A stretch of DNA of 64,000 nt from Elusimicrobiota bacterium (GCA_028718185.1 JAQUMH010000003.1:8961-72960); one strand, 5' to 3'. Shown: positions 29,730-40,516, counted from the first letter of the stretch. Notes: generated from the letters alone by a model not told the origin. Numbers and translations: made by a program.

Positions 29730-32700
29730 ATGGGTAGGATTATCAGATGCTGTATGATGTTTGCAGTTGTAATGATAGGGTTAAGTGTGGTATCGCAGTC
29801 GGCAATTGGTCCGGGCGATATATTTAAAGAAACATATGTTTGGGTATCACCTCCGGGATCTAATTGTAGTAATCTATGGTACAGGGTAACAGATCCTAAT
29901 GCAACATATACACCTATAGCAGGTTTATGTAATGACCCCACAGATTTCCCAAACAATGCACAGTATTTTAGCGGTGTTGATTTAGTTGGAGCAACGAGGG
30001 CAGAGTTAGTAGTAGAGATGTGGGGTGGACATATAGGAACCAGCGGCAAACAAATAAAGGTAAATAATAATACATGGATACCGATACCGGAAAACACAGA
30101 TATATCAAGTCCTGAGTGTTATCTTAATTTTAGATATCCTGCAGTTGCTATACCGCTTAATCAGTTAGTAAGTGGAACTAATAGAATAGATGTTACTGCC
30201 GGTCCGCAGATATGTGGTAGCTTTGGCTGGGGACAATTTGCACACTATGGATTAAAGTTAAGAATATATTATGATGCTAGTAAAACCCATCCGACAGGCA
30301 GTATAACCTCTCCGACTGCCAGTTCAACAATAAATGATAATCCAACAATATCAGCCACGGTAAATACATATTCCGGAGGGATAAACCGGGTAGATTTTAT
30401 AGGATATTATGATGATTTTGACGAGGATGGTAATGGTATATATTCACAATGGCATTATAGGTATGTATTACGTAATGGAGCGTTTTTAGGTCACATAGGG
30501 ACAGCTATATCATCACCATATTCAAAGACATGGGACACATCATGGGTTCCAGACCAGGCGGCATCATCAGTAAAGTTTATGGCAGTTATCGTAGGTAATG
30601 ATGGAATGTGTTATGCGACACCCGAAGTGGCAGGTATAACTCTTGCACGCACTACCACTTCTGTTAAGATGTATAAACCGTCCAATGTACCTCAAGGTTT
30701 TTCTGTAACATCTGGTGCTAGTCCTAGTTCGAAATTTTGCGATGTTGTAATCCCATCAAACGCATCTACGGTTACCGGTGCCAGAATGTCAGTTGTTACA
30801 TGGAATGGTGCTGAAGGTGGTTTAACTCAGTCAGTAACATTAGCAGGCACTGAGATAGCAACTTCTTTTCCTAATGCAGTGGATCACGAATATGGTTATA
30901 GTAACATAACAGTATCAAATAGTTTGATAACAGCTGGAACCAAAGAATTTAGAGTAACCGCTTATCATCCGAGTAATACTTCTTGGACTCACGGACCGGA
31001 AATAATCTGGCCGGGACCTGTTTTGTTTGTACAATATAATACCGGTGGAATACAATCGGTGGCAGACCCTGCAATAAATCCTAACGGTGGAACATATAGC
31101 AGCGCCCAGACAGTAAGTATAACTTGCGCAACGGGTGGAGCAATAATAAAGTATACAACCAACGGCAGCGACCCATCCTCAACAAACGGTAATGTATATT
31201 CCGGTCCAATAACATTATCCAGTGACACTACATTAAAAGCAATAGCAACAAAATCAGGTAGTTTGGACAGCAACGTAGTAACCGCAAACTTTACAATAAC
31301 AGCAGCTACAACAGGTGACCCTATATATTATGTGCCGGTAAATGTGGCGGTTGGCAGTTATGCAAGGTATGATAAACCGGTAGAAGTAGCAGTTAATTTT
31401 ACACAGTATCTTACAGCCCTTGGAGTTGGCGGCAGTTTAAATGACCAATCATTAAGAGTAAGAGAGACAGACAGCACAGGCACAACAGTAATAAATGACA
31501 ATGTAGTATTCCAGTTTGACGAAGATTCTGCATATAATGCTTCAAACAATGCAATAGGCACAGTAACATTTATAATGAGTGGCACAACAAATGCGAGTGC
31601 AACGAGATATTTCAGGATATTTTTTGATGTAGATCCAACAATAACAAAAGTTAATTTTACAAAGCAGGTAACCTTAACAGATAATGTAGATGATGAGGGA
31701 CAGTCAAGTTACAAAATAGAGACAGTAAATGCGACCTATTATTATCACAAGCAAGGCGGTGGTTTTTCCAGTATGGTCGACACTCAAAACAACGACTGGT
31801 TAGGTTATCATGCTACGGGCGGTTCAGCGGGTAATTATCGCGGAATACCTAACATGGTATATCCCGCTTCTTATTTTCATCCTGGATTTGTAAATAGCAG
31901 CAGCAGTATATTAAATCAGGGACCAATAAAGATTAAATATAAGACAGATAGTATTGATGGTTTATGGTCATGCACCTGGGAAATATTTCCTAAATATGCA
32001 AGGATGACAGTAACAAAAAAGAACAGTGCATACTGGTTTTTATATGAAGGCACCCCTGGCGGAAATTTAGATGTAACCGGCACCCAGGATTATTTCTACA
32101 GGTCAAACGATACAAGCCCGCAACTTTGCGGGTCATATCCTTCAAGCAATATATTAAACGGCGATATCCCGGCACCTGAATGGGTATATTTTGCAGATGG
32201 GACAATAAACAGGAGTATATATTTAATTAACCATCAGGATGATTCATCAAACGATTCATATTACCAGATGGAAAACAATATGACAGTATTCGGATTTGGC
32301 AGAACTGGTGTAAATTCATCTTTAAATCCTGTTGTTCCTGCATACTATACAATAGGATTTGCCGACAGCCGTGATTTGACAACAACCAAAAACACGATAG
32401 AATCATCATGGCGGGATTTGACAGAAACCATAGGAACACCCGGTAGTTCTTCAGGTCCAGTTAAAGTGGCGACACCGCAATTTAGTTTGCCGGCAGGTTC
32501 TTATTCAGGTACACAGTTAGTAATAATAACCTGTGGGACAAGTGGAGCAACTATAAAATATACAACCAATGGAAGTGACCCATCAACAAGCGGAACTTCA
32601 GGCACCTCTCCACAGGTAGCAACAATATCTGTTTCAGGCACATTAAGAGTAATCGCAGTTAAGTCAGGTAGTGAAGACAGTTATGAAAATACAGCAGTAT

Positions 32701-35700
32701 ATACAATAACACCGTCAGCCTCACCGGTTGGCTTTACGAAATATTCAAGTAAAGACGGGTATTTATCTTTACCCGGCACGTCAGGTTCTGAATATGTAGA
32801 TAGTTTAATCTGTGATATAGATAATGATGGCTTAAATGATTTTGTAATAATGAAAAGAGGGGTAGCTCCCGGATTAGTGTGGTACAAGAAAAATGGTAAT
32901 AACTGGGACCAAAAATCTATAGACCCTGATCTTTTAAAACTCGGGTGTTTTAGTCAACCTATAGACATGGACAATGATGGCGATATGGATATAGTAAATA
33001 TGGGAGATTATAATGAGCCCCGTGGATATTGGTGGGAGAACCCGGGTCCTCAAGCAGTAGTCACAACGACCAGATGGACTAAGCACATAATAAAAGACGA
33101 CAGCACAGGATTGTCAGTAACCTGGCATGATGCTTGTTTAGGTGATTTTGACGGTGATGGTGCTTTAGAGTTGGCAGCGTGGGGACGAGTGTATGCGTCT
33201 GGTGTAACAAGATTATATTTATGGGACGTACCCGCAGATGTAAAAACCCGTACTACAATATGGCCAAATCCTGCTACAATATATACAAAATCAAGTGCAC
33301 CCGAATGTGAAGGAATGGCAATTACCGATATAGATTTAGACGGCAAAGTGGATATAGTCGGCGGCGGCGGTTGGTTCAAACATGTAAGCGGAACGACATA
33401 TCAATTTAATTCAATAGAACCACTTGAAAGCGCCGTAAGAGGTAAATGCGCGGTTGGACAAATAATAAAAGGCGGCAGACCCGAAGTAGCTTTTTCAGCC
33501 GGTGATTTCACCGGTTTTGCAGCATGGTATGAATCTACAAATGCTGCCGCAACCACATGGACAAAGCATATAATAGATAGCAATGTAGTGCAGGCACATA
33601 GTCTTAAAATAGGTGATTTAGATACAGATGGCGATAATGATATATTTATAGCAGAAATGAGCCGCGTGGGGACTAATAGCTATCCCGCTGCAAGAATGAC
33701 GGTATACAAGAATGACGGTGCAGCAAGCCCAACATTTACAGCAACCATACTTACAACAGGACAAAACAACCACGAAGATGCGATAGGTGATTTAAATGGT
33801 GATGGCCGTCTTGACATATTACAGAAGAGTTATTCCGACCCTGGTAATGAAGATAATGAAATAGCGGTATGGATACAGACCGGTGGTGGGAAAAGAGGTC
33901 TAACGGATTGGACATATAAAGAGTTAGATGTAACCCGGGCACTTTATGGTGGTTGGTTTGAATGGTTTGGTTTAGCAGCAGTTGATTTAAATAATGACGG
34001 CTACAAAGATTTATTATCAGGAAAGTACAGCTACAAAAACCCTGGTGGTGATATGACCGGGACATGGACAAGAACAACGTTTCCTGTAAATGTAGATGCC
34101 AGTTTGGTTACTGATGTAGATGGCGATGCATATCCTGATGTAATAGGTTTTGGACTTACTGCAGCTTACACTCCTAATCCCGGTGTATACTGGTTAGAAA
34201 AAACAGGTGCAGGAGACACGACAGGCGACTGGACAGCTACAAAGGTAGCAGTCATACCGCCGACTCTACATTCACAATCACAGGGAATGAGGATGGCACA
34301 AATAGTTCCCGGTGGCAGGGAAGAGATAGTATGTACCGGTGATTTGCCTTATTCAGGCGATGGAGCCAGTAGCGGAAAATTGTATTACATCCAGATACCG
34401 TTAGTAAGTCCTCAAAACGGCAATTGGCCTGTTACACAGATAAGCAATAGTGTAAGCAATAGTTCAAACAATCAAGGAATCGCAGTAGGCGATATAGACA
34501 AAGATGGCGATTTAGATATAGCAGGAGTGCTGGGTAATAATAGTACAGTAGTATGGTATGAAAACCCCGGTGTTGCCGGACAAGGGAATTGGACAGTGCA
34601 TACCGTAGGCAACGCGACCCCGATAAATAACGTTACAAGTGCTGATGGACCTGACCGTGTCCAGTTGGCAGATTTGAACGACGATGGACGGCTTGACATA
34701 ATACTGACAGATGAGATATGGGATGGAACAAATCCACTTCGTGCGGAAAGCCGTACATATTGGTTTAATTGTCCTGCTACTCCAAAGACAGTAGCCAACT
34801 GGGGTACCTCAACAACGATAGTAAAGCAACAGTCAACTAACTCACTGGATGTAGCCGATATGGATTTTGATGGCGACATAGATGTAGTAACCGGCGAGCA
34901 TAAAGGTGCAAAAGAGACAGCTATCTGGGAAAACGACGGTAGTGCTACACCAAGTTTTACACAACATATAATATCATCAGGAAAAGAAAGTCATAACTCA
35001 GCATATTTATCTGATTTAGATGGCGATGGCGATTTAGACTTAGTAAGTATTACATGGGACGATTTCTTTTCTACGACCGGCGGTTTGATGTATATCTTGC
35101 GTAATAACAATACCTTTGGCGGTGGCGGTGGCAATCCTGTAGTAGCAATTACAAAACCAACCAATGGTCAGCAATTTGATCAAGGTTCTAATATATTAAT
35201 AGAAGCAACGGCAGTTGATGATGTTTCCGTTGCAAAAGTAGAATTTTATAATGGCACCACAAAACTTGGAGAAGACACCAGTTCGCCGTATAGTTACACA
35301 TGGAATAGTGTTCCATCAGGCGATTTTAACATAAGAGCGGTAGTAACAGACAATATCGGTTTAACAGGCAGTGCCCAGGTTACTATTAGTGTCAAAAACA
35401 CAGGCCAGCCTACTCTTCCTGTCGGTAAATGGGACATGGAAGGCACATCAGGCAGTTCAACAGTGAGTGATACATCCGGTAATAATAATAATGGAACATT
35501 GACCGGTATGGATACCAGTACTTGCTGGATTTCCGGTGAGGTAGGCACCGGTTTAAAATTTGACGGAGTAAACGATTATGTCAGCGTCCCTAATTCAACA
35601 TCGTTAGATATAAATGGTAGTCAGCTAACATTAATAGCCTGGGTTAGGGTGGACGCCATAGACCCCACGGATGTTAACGCACATCAAATATTTATAGCGA

Positions 35701-38700
35701 AACCGGCAGCAGACGGTAATCATACTGCACCGTATTTTGCATATTCCTTGCATGGTGTACGTGCCAGTGCAACGGAATTAACACCAAGGTTATGGTTGGA
35801 TATAGGCGGAACAGGAGTAAGTGTAGCAGCCACCCAGAACATAGGTATTGGTACCTGGTATCATTTGGCTGCTGTATATAATGGCGCTACAATGAAGATA
35901 TATGTAGATGGCGTAGAAAGTAACAGTTCTGCACAAACCGGTAATATAGCGGCACTTGGTACCGCGTTAAGGTTAGGTGCTAATGGCGGAGGAACAGAAA
36001 CTTTCAATGGAGCTATGGATGGAGTTAAGATATATAATATAGCGCTAACCGGCAGTGAGATATTAGCTGATAAGAATTTAACATCACAACCGCCGACAAT
36101 AAGCATAAGCACAATAGCGATAACAAATGGTAGTAATCCGCCTGCGACGGTCCGGATAGACGCGACAGCATCCGACAGTGACGGAACAGTAAGCAAAGTA
36201 GAATTTTTCAATGGTACCACTTTAATTGGAACAGACACCAGTTCTCCATATAGTTATACATGGAACCCTGTGCCTGCCGGGACTTACAGTATAACCGCGA
36301 CAGCGACTGATAATAGCGGAGCGACAGCGATAACAGCAGCGCAAATAGTAATAATAACCAACGGTTCCGCTTCACCGCAGCAGGCATATCCTACAGGTGT
36401 TGCTTGGTTGATAGATTCAGGAACGACAACAATACAGGCAGAAGATTACGATATGGTAACAAGCGGTTCTGCCTCCGGTGAGACATATTTTGATACAACA
36501 GTCGGCAATAGTGGTAATGAATACAGAACAGATGATGTAGATGTCCGGGCATGTATTGATACAGGTGCCGGATATCAGGTAGGCTGGACAAAACCTGGCG
36601 AATGGTTGGAATACAGTGTAAATGTTAATCAAGGTGGTGAATACAAAATAATACTAAGGGGTGCCAATGGGGATAAAAACGATGGCGGTCTTATGCATCT
36701 TGAATTTGGTACACATAATTCAGCACCATATAGGACAACACCATCAGTAAGCATACCGCCAACAGGCAGTTACGATACATGGGCTGATGTAGAAATTACA
36801 TCCAATGTTGTGCTTACCGCAGGTAACCAGATAATGAAGTTAGTTATGGAGAATAGTACAGCAATTGGCAATGGTGATTTTAATTATATTTCCTTAATAA
36901 AAATAGGTGCAGATACACCTAATGTAGTTTCAATACCGACAATAACCCCTGGAGCAGGGACATATTCAGGTTCTGTTACTGTAACAATTGATTGTGCAAC
37001 CAATGGAGCAACAAAAAGATATACAACGGATGGAACAGACCCGACATCATCGTCAACACTATATTCCGCACCTTTTACATTAACTGCAAGTGCAACAGTA
37101 AAAGCCCGTGCGTTCAAAGATACTATGACCGATAGTTCAGTAAATAGCGTGGCATATATAGTAACAAGCGTTTCACCGCAGCAGTCATATGGAAACATTC
37201 CGTCAGGTACTCCATGGCATATAGGAATAGGAACAACAACAATAGAAGTAGAAAATTATGATGAGGCAACTACTGGTCTGTCTGATGGTGAGACATATTA
37301 TGATACAACCCCCGGTAATCAAGGTGGAGCATACAGAACAAGTGAAGCAGTGGATATAGAGGCAGTCGTTGGAGCCAGTAATGGTTACGATATCGGATAT
37401 GTAGAACCTGGTGAGTGGTTAGAATACAGTATAAACGTAAATGAGAGTGGCAACTACAAAATAATAGTAAGCGCAGGCATATTAGGCACAGCAAATCCAT
37501 TCCACCTTGAATTTGGTCCACACGGTGCAACAAGTCTTGTAACACCATCAGTAACCGTACCTAATACCGGTGGATGGACGACTTTTACAGATGTAACAGT
37601 TGCAGATTCTGTAACGCTTGCTGCAGGCAACCAGATAATGAAGTTAGTTATGGAAAGCGGTAGTGTATCTAATAATGGTAATTTTGATTGCATCAAAATA
37701 GTAAGACTAACTGCGGATACAACCCCGCCGGTAGTAAGTGCTGTAACACCGGCAAACATATCCGGCAGTGGAACAGTGATAACATGGACGACAAATGAGC
37801 TTGCGAACAGTAAGGTAGAGTATGGTTTAACAACAAGTTATGGCAGTGCAACTCCGGTAACTGATGCTAATGGAGTATACTCACACAGTGTTACTCTAAC
37901 TGGTCTTACTGAGAGCACAGGCTATCATTACAGGATGGTGTCCGTAGATATGAACGGCAATACAACAACAAGCAGTGATTACAGTTTTACAACAATTCTT
38001 AATGACCCTAATCCGCCGGTGATAAGCAATGTATCAGCCGGAGTATCAATCAACACGGCAGTAATAACCTGGAATACCGATGAAAATTCCGACACACAGG
38101 TAGCGTATGGAACTACAACGGCGTTGGGCACCACAACTACGTTAGATGCGACACCAACCAGATTACACAGTGTCTCCATTAACGGGTTACAGAAAGGAAA
38201 GATTTATTATTACAGGGTCTATAGCCGAGACTCATCTAATAATCTTGCAACATCATCGCAGTATAGTTTTAAGACATATAACCTTAAGCACAAGATATAT
38301 ACCTATTACTACGATGACGGAACAACAACAACAAAGGTAGGAGCATCAGCAGCTGCGAGTTTGAAATTCAAGGTTCAGGTATATAATGTAGATGAGAACA
38401 GTATAGCAACTGACTATACCGGAACTTTAACTCTTACAACGAAAAACAGCAAGGGTACAGAACTGGATACAACAGATTCGACATTAGTCACAACAGATGC
38501 AGGTGAGAAGGAAGTCGCTATCCCGTTCCGTAGTGATATAAACACAGTAGAATTAAGTGGTGACACGACAGCGCCGGTAGTAATAAGCTTCAATGATATG
38601 TATATAGCAAAGTTAGTAGGATATCAAGGTGGAACAATACGTGGCGCCAACGGGTTAAAGATATTAATACCTACTGGAGTCTTGTCAGCAAACAAGTATC

Positions 38701-39326
38701 TTGCTTCAATAAAGACAAGTGCATCACCGGAAGTAAAGAACACAATGAAATATGTTAACACAGTTAATCCGATATGTTATGATTTTGGCGAATTAACATT
38801 TAACAATAATGCTCCGGTATTGGAGAACCAGATATTCACAAGAGCAGTAAACATAACAATACCATACACAACGGCAGATATAGGGATATTAAACGAAGAT
38901 GGACTTAGAATCTACTACTGGACAGGGACAGAGTGGGAATTGGTAACAGGAGTTCAGGCAGTAGACAAATCAAACAACACAATAACCGCAACCGTCAAAC
39001 ATTTCTCAACATATCGCGTATTGGGTAGCTATGTATCTTCAGATATGAGTAATGTTAAAGTTTACCCTAACCCATATAATCCCGCAACAGCGGTATTGGG
39101 TAAATTAAAGTTGATAAATCTGCCGATAAATAGTATAATAAAATTGTATAGCGTAACAGGTGAGCTCGTCCGTGAACTCAAAGAGACAGATTTTGGTAAC
39201 CTTGGTTGGCTCGAGTGGGATGGCAAGAATGATAATGGTGACAAAGTAGGTAAAGGAGTGTATATATACCAGATACAAGACGCTGCCGGTAACAAGAAGA
39301 CAGGGAAAATAGGACTGATAAAGTAA
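29730..39326 (+). CDS. Giant (3198 aa) secreted surface protein. Contains an N-terminal unassigned domain, Ig-like domains, 4 CHB_HEX_C-like domains, an unassigned ~380-aa module, a long FG-GAP/VCBS region, LamG/concanavalin-like domain, 2 CBM6-like modules, 2 Fn3, a stalk and a FlgD-Ig/T9SS type-A-like CTD
   Basis: GGAGG RBS and a signal peptide. There are many DxDxDGxxD loops (DIDNDGLNDF, DMDNDGDMDI, DLDTDGDNDI, DLNGDGRLDI and others). 'LKFDGVNDYVSVPNS...WYHLAAVYNGATMKIYVDG' is Laminin_G_3-like. The CBM6/CHB_HEX/Fn3 block and the last ~355 aa are collinear with 3..6377. Confidence 0.93.
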   Translation: MGRIIRCCMMFAVVMIGLSVVSQSAIGPGDIFKETYVWVSPPGSNCSNLWYRVTDPNATYTPIAGLCNDPTDFPNNAQYFSGVDLVGATRAELVVEMWGGHIGTSGKQIKVNNNTWIPIPENTDISSPECYLNFRYPAVAIPLNQLVSGTNRIDVTAGPQICGSFGWGQFAHYGLKLRIYYDASKTHPTGSITSPTASSTINDNPTISATVNTYSGGINRVDFIGYYDDFDEDGNGIYSQWHYRYVLRNGAFLGHIGTAISSPYSKTWDTSWVPDQAASSVKFMAVIVGNDGMCYATPEVAGITLARTTTSVKMYKPSNVPQGFSVTSGASPSSKFCDVVIPSNASTVTGARMSVVTWNGAEGGLTQSVTLAGTEIATSFPNAVDHEYGYSNITVSNSLITAGTKEFRVTAYHPSNTSWTHGPEIIWPGPVLFVQYNTGGIQSVADPAINPNGGTYSSAQTVSITCATGGAIIKYTTNGSDPSSTNGNVYSGPITLSSDTTLKAIATKSGSLDSNVVTANFTITAATTGDPIYYVPVNVAVGSYARYDKPVEVAVNFTQYLTALGVGGSLNDQSLRVRETDSTGTTVINDNVVFQFDEDSAYNASNNAIGTVTFIMSGTTNASATRYFRIFFDVDPTITKVNFTKQVTLTDNVDDEGQSSYKIETVNATYYYHKQGGGFSSMVDTQNNDWLGYHATGGSAGNYRGIPNMVYPASYFHPGFVNSSSSILNQGPIKIKYKTDSIDGLWSCTWEIFPKYARMTVTKKNSAYWFLYEGTPGGNLDVTGTQDYFYRSNDTSPQLCGSYPSSNILNGDIPAPEWVYFADGTINRSIYLINHQDDSSNDSYYQMENNMTVFGFGRTGVNSSLNPVVPAYYTIGFADSRDLTTTKNTIESSWRDLTETIGTPGSSSGPVKVATPQFSLPAGSYSGTQLVIITCGTSGATIKYTTNGSDPSTSGTSGTSPQVATISVSGTLRVIAVKSGSEDSYENTAVYTITPSASPVGFTKYSSKDGYLSLPGTSGSEYVDSLICDIDNDGLNDFVIMKRGVAPGLVWYKKNGNNWDQKSIDPDLLKLGCFSQPIDMDNDGDMDIVNMGDYNEPRGYWWENPGPQAVVTTTRWTKHIIKDDSTGLSVTWHDACLGDFDGDGALELAAWGRVYASGVTRLYLWDVPADVKTRTTIWPNPATIYTKSSAPECEGMAITDIDLDGKVDIVGGGGWFKHVSGTTYQFNSIEPLESAVRGKCAVGQIIKGGRPEVAFSAGDFTGFAAWYESTNAAATTWTKHIIDSNVVQAHSLKIGDLDTDGDNDIFIAEMSRVGTNSYPAARMTVYKNDGAASPTFTATILTTGQNNHEDAIGDLNGDGRLDILQKSYSDPGNEDNEIAVWIQTGGGKRGLTDWTYKELDVTRALYGGWFEWFGLAAVDLNNDGYKDLLSGKYSYKNPGGDMTGTWTRTTFPVNVDASLVTDVDGDAYPDVIGFGLTAAYTPNPGVYWLEKTGAGDTTGDWTATKVAVIPPTLHSQSQGMRMAQIVPGGREEIVCTGDLPYSGDGASSGKLYYIQIPLVSPQNGNWPVTQISNSVSNSSNNQGIAVGDIDKDGDLDIAGVLGNNSTVVWYENPGVAGQGNWTVHTVGNATPINNVTSADGPDRVQLADLNDDGRLDIILTDEIWDGTNPLRAESRTYWFNCPATPKTVANWGTSTTIVKQQSTNSLDVADMDFDGDIDVVTGEHKGAKETAIWENDGSATPSFTQHIISSGKESHNSAYLSDLDGDGDLDLVSITWDDFFSTTGGLMYILRNNNTFGGGGGNPVVAITKPTNGQQFDQGSNILIEATAVDDVSVAKVEFYNGTTKLGEDTSSPYSYTWNSVPSGDFNIRAVVTDNIGLTGSAQVTISVKNTGQPTLPVGKWDMEGTSGSSTVSDTSGNNNNGTLTGMDTSTCWISGEVGTGLKFDGVNDYVSVPNSTSLDINGSQLTLIAWVRVDAIDPTDVNAHQIFIAKPAADGNHTAPYFAYSLHGVRASATELTPRLWLDIGGTGVSVAATQNIGIGTWYHLAAVYNGATMKIYVDGVESNSSAQTGNIAALGTALRLGANGGGTETFNGAMDGVKIYNIALTGSEILADKNLTSQPPTISISTIAITNGSNPPATVRIDATASDSDGTVSKVEFFNGTTLIGTDTSSPYSYTWNPVPAGTYSITATATDNSGATAITAAQIVIITNGSASPQQAYPTGVAWLIDSGTTTIQAEDYDMVTSGSASGETYFDTTVGNSGNEYRTDDVDVRACIDTGAGYQVGWTKPGEWLEYSVNVNQGGEYKIILRGANGDKNDGGLMHLEFGTHNSAPYRTTPSVSIPPTGSYDTWADVEITSNVVLTAGNQIMKLVMENSTAIGNGDFNYISLIKIGADTPNVVSIPTITPGAGTYSGSVTVTIDCATNGATKRYTTDGTDPTSSSTLYSAPFTLTASATVKARAFKDTMTDSSVNSVAYIVTSVSPQQSYGNIPSGTPWHIGIGTTTIEVENYDEATTGLSDGETYYDTTPGNQGGAYRTSEAVDIEAVVGASNGYDIGYVEPGEWLEYSINVNESGNYKIIVSAGILGTANPFHLEFGPHGATSLVTPSVTVPNTGGWTTFTDVTVADSVTLAAGNQIMKLVMESGSVSNNGNFDCIKIVRLTADTTPPVVSAVTPANISGSGTVITWTTNELANSKVEYGLTTSYGSATPVTDANGVYSHSVTLTGLTESTGYHYRMVSVDMNGNTTTSSDYSFTTILNDPNPPVISNVSAGVSINTAVITWNTDENSDTQVAYGTTTALGTTTTLDATPTRLHSVSINGLQKGKIYYYRVYSRDSSNNLATSSQYSFKTYNLKHKIYTYYYDDGTTTTKVGASAAASLKFKVQVYNVDENSIATDYTGTLTLTTKNSKGTELDTTDSTLVTTDAGEKEVAIPFRSDINTVELSGDTTAPVVISFNDMYIAKLVGYQGGTIRGANGLKILIPTGVLSANKYLASIKTSASPEVKNTMKYVNTVNPICYDFGELTFNNNAPVLENQIFTRAVNITIPYTTADIGILNEDGLRIYYWTGTEWELVTGVQAVDKSNNTITATVKHFSTYRVLGSYVSSDMSNVKVYPNPYNPATAVLGKLKLINLPINSIIKLYSVTGELVRELKETDFGNLGWLEWDGKNDNGDKVGKGVYIYQIQDAAGNKKTGKIGLIK

Positions 39327-39333
39327 GAGAATT

Positions 39334-39420
39334 GTTATAGAGTTAATAAGGTTATGGGGTTATAGAGTTATAGGGTTTTAGGGTTTAAACTCTAAAACTC
39401 TATAAACGCTATAACTCTAC
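39334..39420 (+). repeat. Octamer-periodic palindrome (TTATAGAG/TTATAGGG/TTTTAGGG units and their complement) just after the stop of the 3198-aa gene
   Basis: The left arm GGTTATAGAGTTATAGGGTTTTAGGGTTT pairs with the right arm AAACTCTAAAACTCTATAAACGCTATAACTC. Mismatches are G-T, which is wobble-compatible in + strand RNA. Confidence 0.8.
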
Positions 39421-39439
39421 GACGAGGAGGTAGTTTAAG

Positions 39440-40516
39440 ATGAGGAACTGGATAGTTTTGGGATTAGTGTTTGGGATTTGTTTGACTTGCACAGGGCAAG
39501 TTGAGGCGAAGAAGAAAGTTATCAGTAAAAAAGTTACTACTACTAAGAAAAGTGACGATAAGGCAGGTAAAACTGCTGCTAAAAATAAATCTTCTGTCCA
39601 GGATATAAAGATTGAAGCAGAAGATTTTGATAAGGGCGGGGAAGGCGTGGGATATCACGATAAAGAAGCAAGAAATCTTGGAGATCAATATCGTACTGAT
39701 GAAGGAGTAGATGTTGAAGCTAATACTACTGCCGGCGGTTATGATGTCGGCTGGGCTTTTGCAGGTGAATGGTTAAAATATACAGTAGATATAAAGACAG
39801 CGGGAACATATACAATGCAAGTGCAAGCAGGAGCAGGCGGTAAGGGTGGGGTTTTTCACATAGAGTTAGATGATGTAGATAAAACAGGACCAATAACGGT
39901 GCCTGATACAGGTGGTTGGCAAACTTGGCAAACCATAACAAAGACAGGGGTAAGTTTAAGTGCCGGAAAACATATAATGAAGTTAGTTATGGATACTAAT
40001 GGTACTATGGTTGAAGCGGCTGTAGGTAATTTTGATTATATAATTTTAAAATACGAAGGTGCACAAAGCGATGCTGGTGCAGAAGAAAAACCGGTTAAAA
40101 CTGCTACTAAAAAACAAGCTAGTATTACCGGTAATATTGCTAAAGGGAAACCGGTTACAGTATACTCAACAGAAGACGGAACTGGCAATGTGGCGAGTAA
40201 CGCAGTAGATGGTGATACATCAACGCGATGGTCATCAGCATATAGTGACCCGCAATGGATACGAGTAGACCTTGGTGGTATTTATGATATTAAAAAAGTA
40301 GTTTTGAGCTGGGATCCTGCCTATGCTAAGTACTACGAAATACAAGTATCAAATAATGATACTGACTGGAAAACAATATATACAAAGACAGACGGTATGG
40401 GTGGTACAGAAGAAATACCATTAAGCGGAAGTGGCAGATATGTGCGTATGTATGGGACTGAGAGAGCTACAGAATGGGGATATTCATTATGGGAGTTTGA
40501 GGTATATTGTAAATAG
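39440..40516 (+). CDS. Secreted protein with a CBM6-like module plus a discoidin (F5/8 type C) domain
   Basis: GAGGAGG RBS, a signal peptide and a Lys-rich linker. 'IKIEAEDFDKGGEGVGYHD...GYDVGWAFAGEWLKYTVDI' is CBM6-like. 'AVDGDTSTRWSS...WIRVDLG...LWEFEVY' is discoidin. Confidence 0.88.
   Translation: MRNWIVLGLVFGICLTCTGQVEAKKKVISKKVTTTKKSDDKAGKTAAKNKSSVQDIKIEAEDFDKGGEGVGYHDKEARNLGDQYRTDEGVDVEANTTAGGYDVGWAFAGEWLKYTVDIKTAGTYTMQVQAGAGGKGGVFHIELDDVDKTGPITVPDTGGWQTWQTITKTGVSLSAGKHIMKLVMDTNGTMVEAAVGNFDYIILKYEGAQSDAGAEEKPVKTATKKQASITGNIAKGKPVTVYSTEDGTGNVASNAVDGDTSTRWSSAYSDPQWIRVDLGGIYDIKKVVLSWDPAYAKYYEIQVSNNDTDWKTIYTKTDGMGGTEEIPLSGSGRYVRMYGTERATEWGYSLWEFEVYCK

Noticed and set aside
39334-39420. 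The periodic palindromes as ordinary Rho-independent terminators
   Set aside because: Most lack a 3' U-tract and are far longer and more mismatched than typical terminators. One lies inside a coding region. They may still affect 3' ends, so they are reported as a repeat family rather than annotated as terminators.
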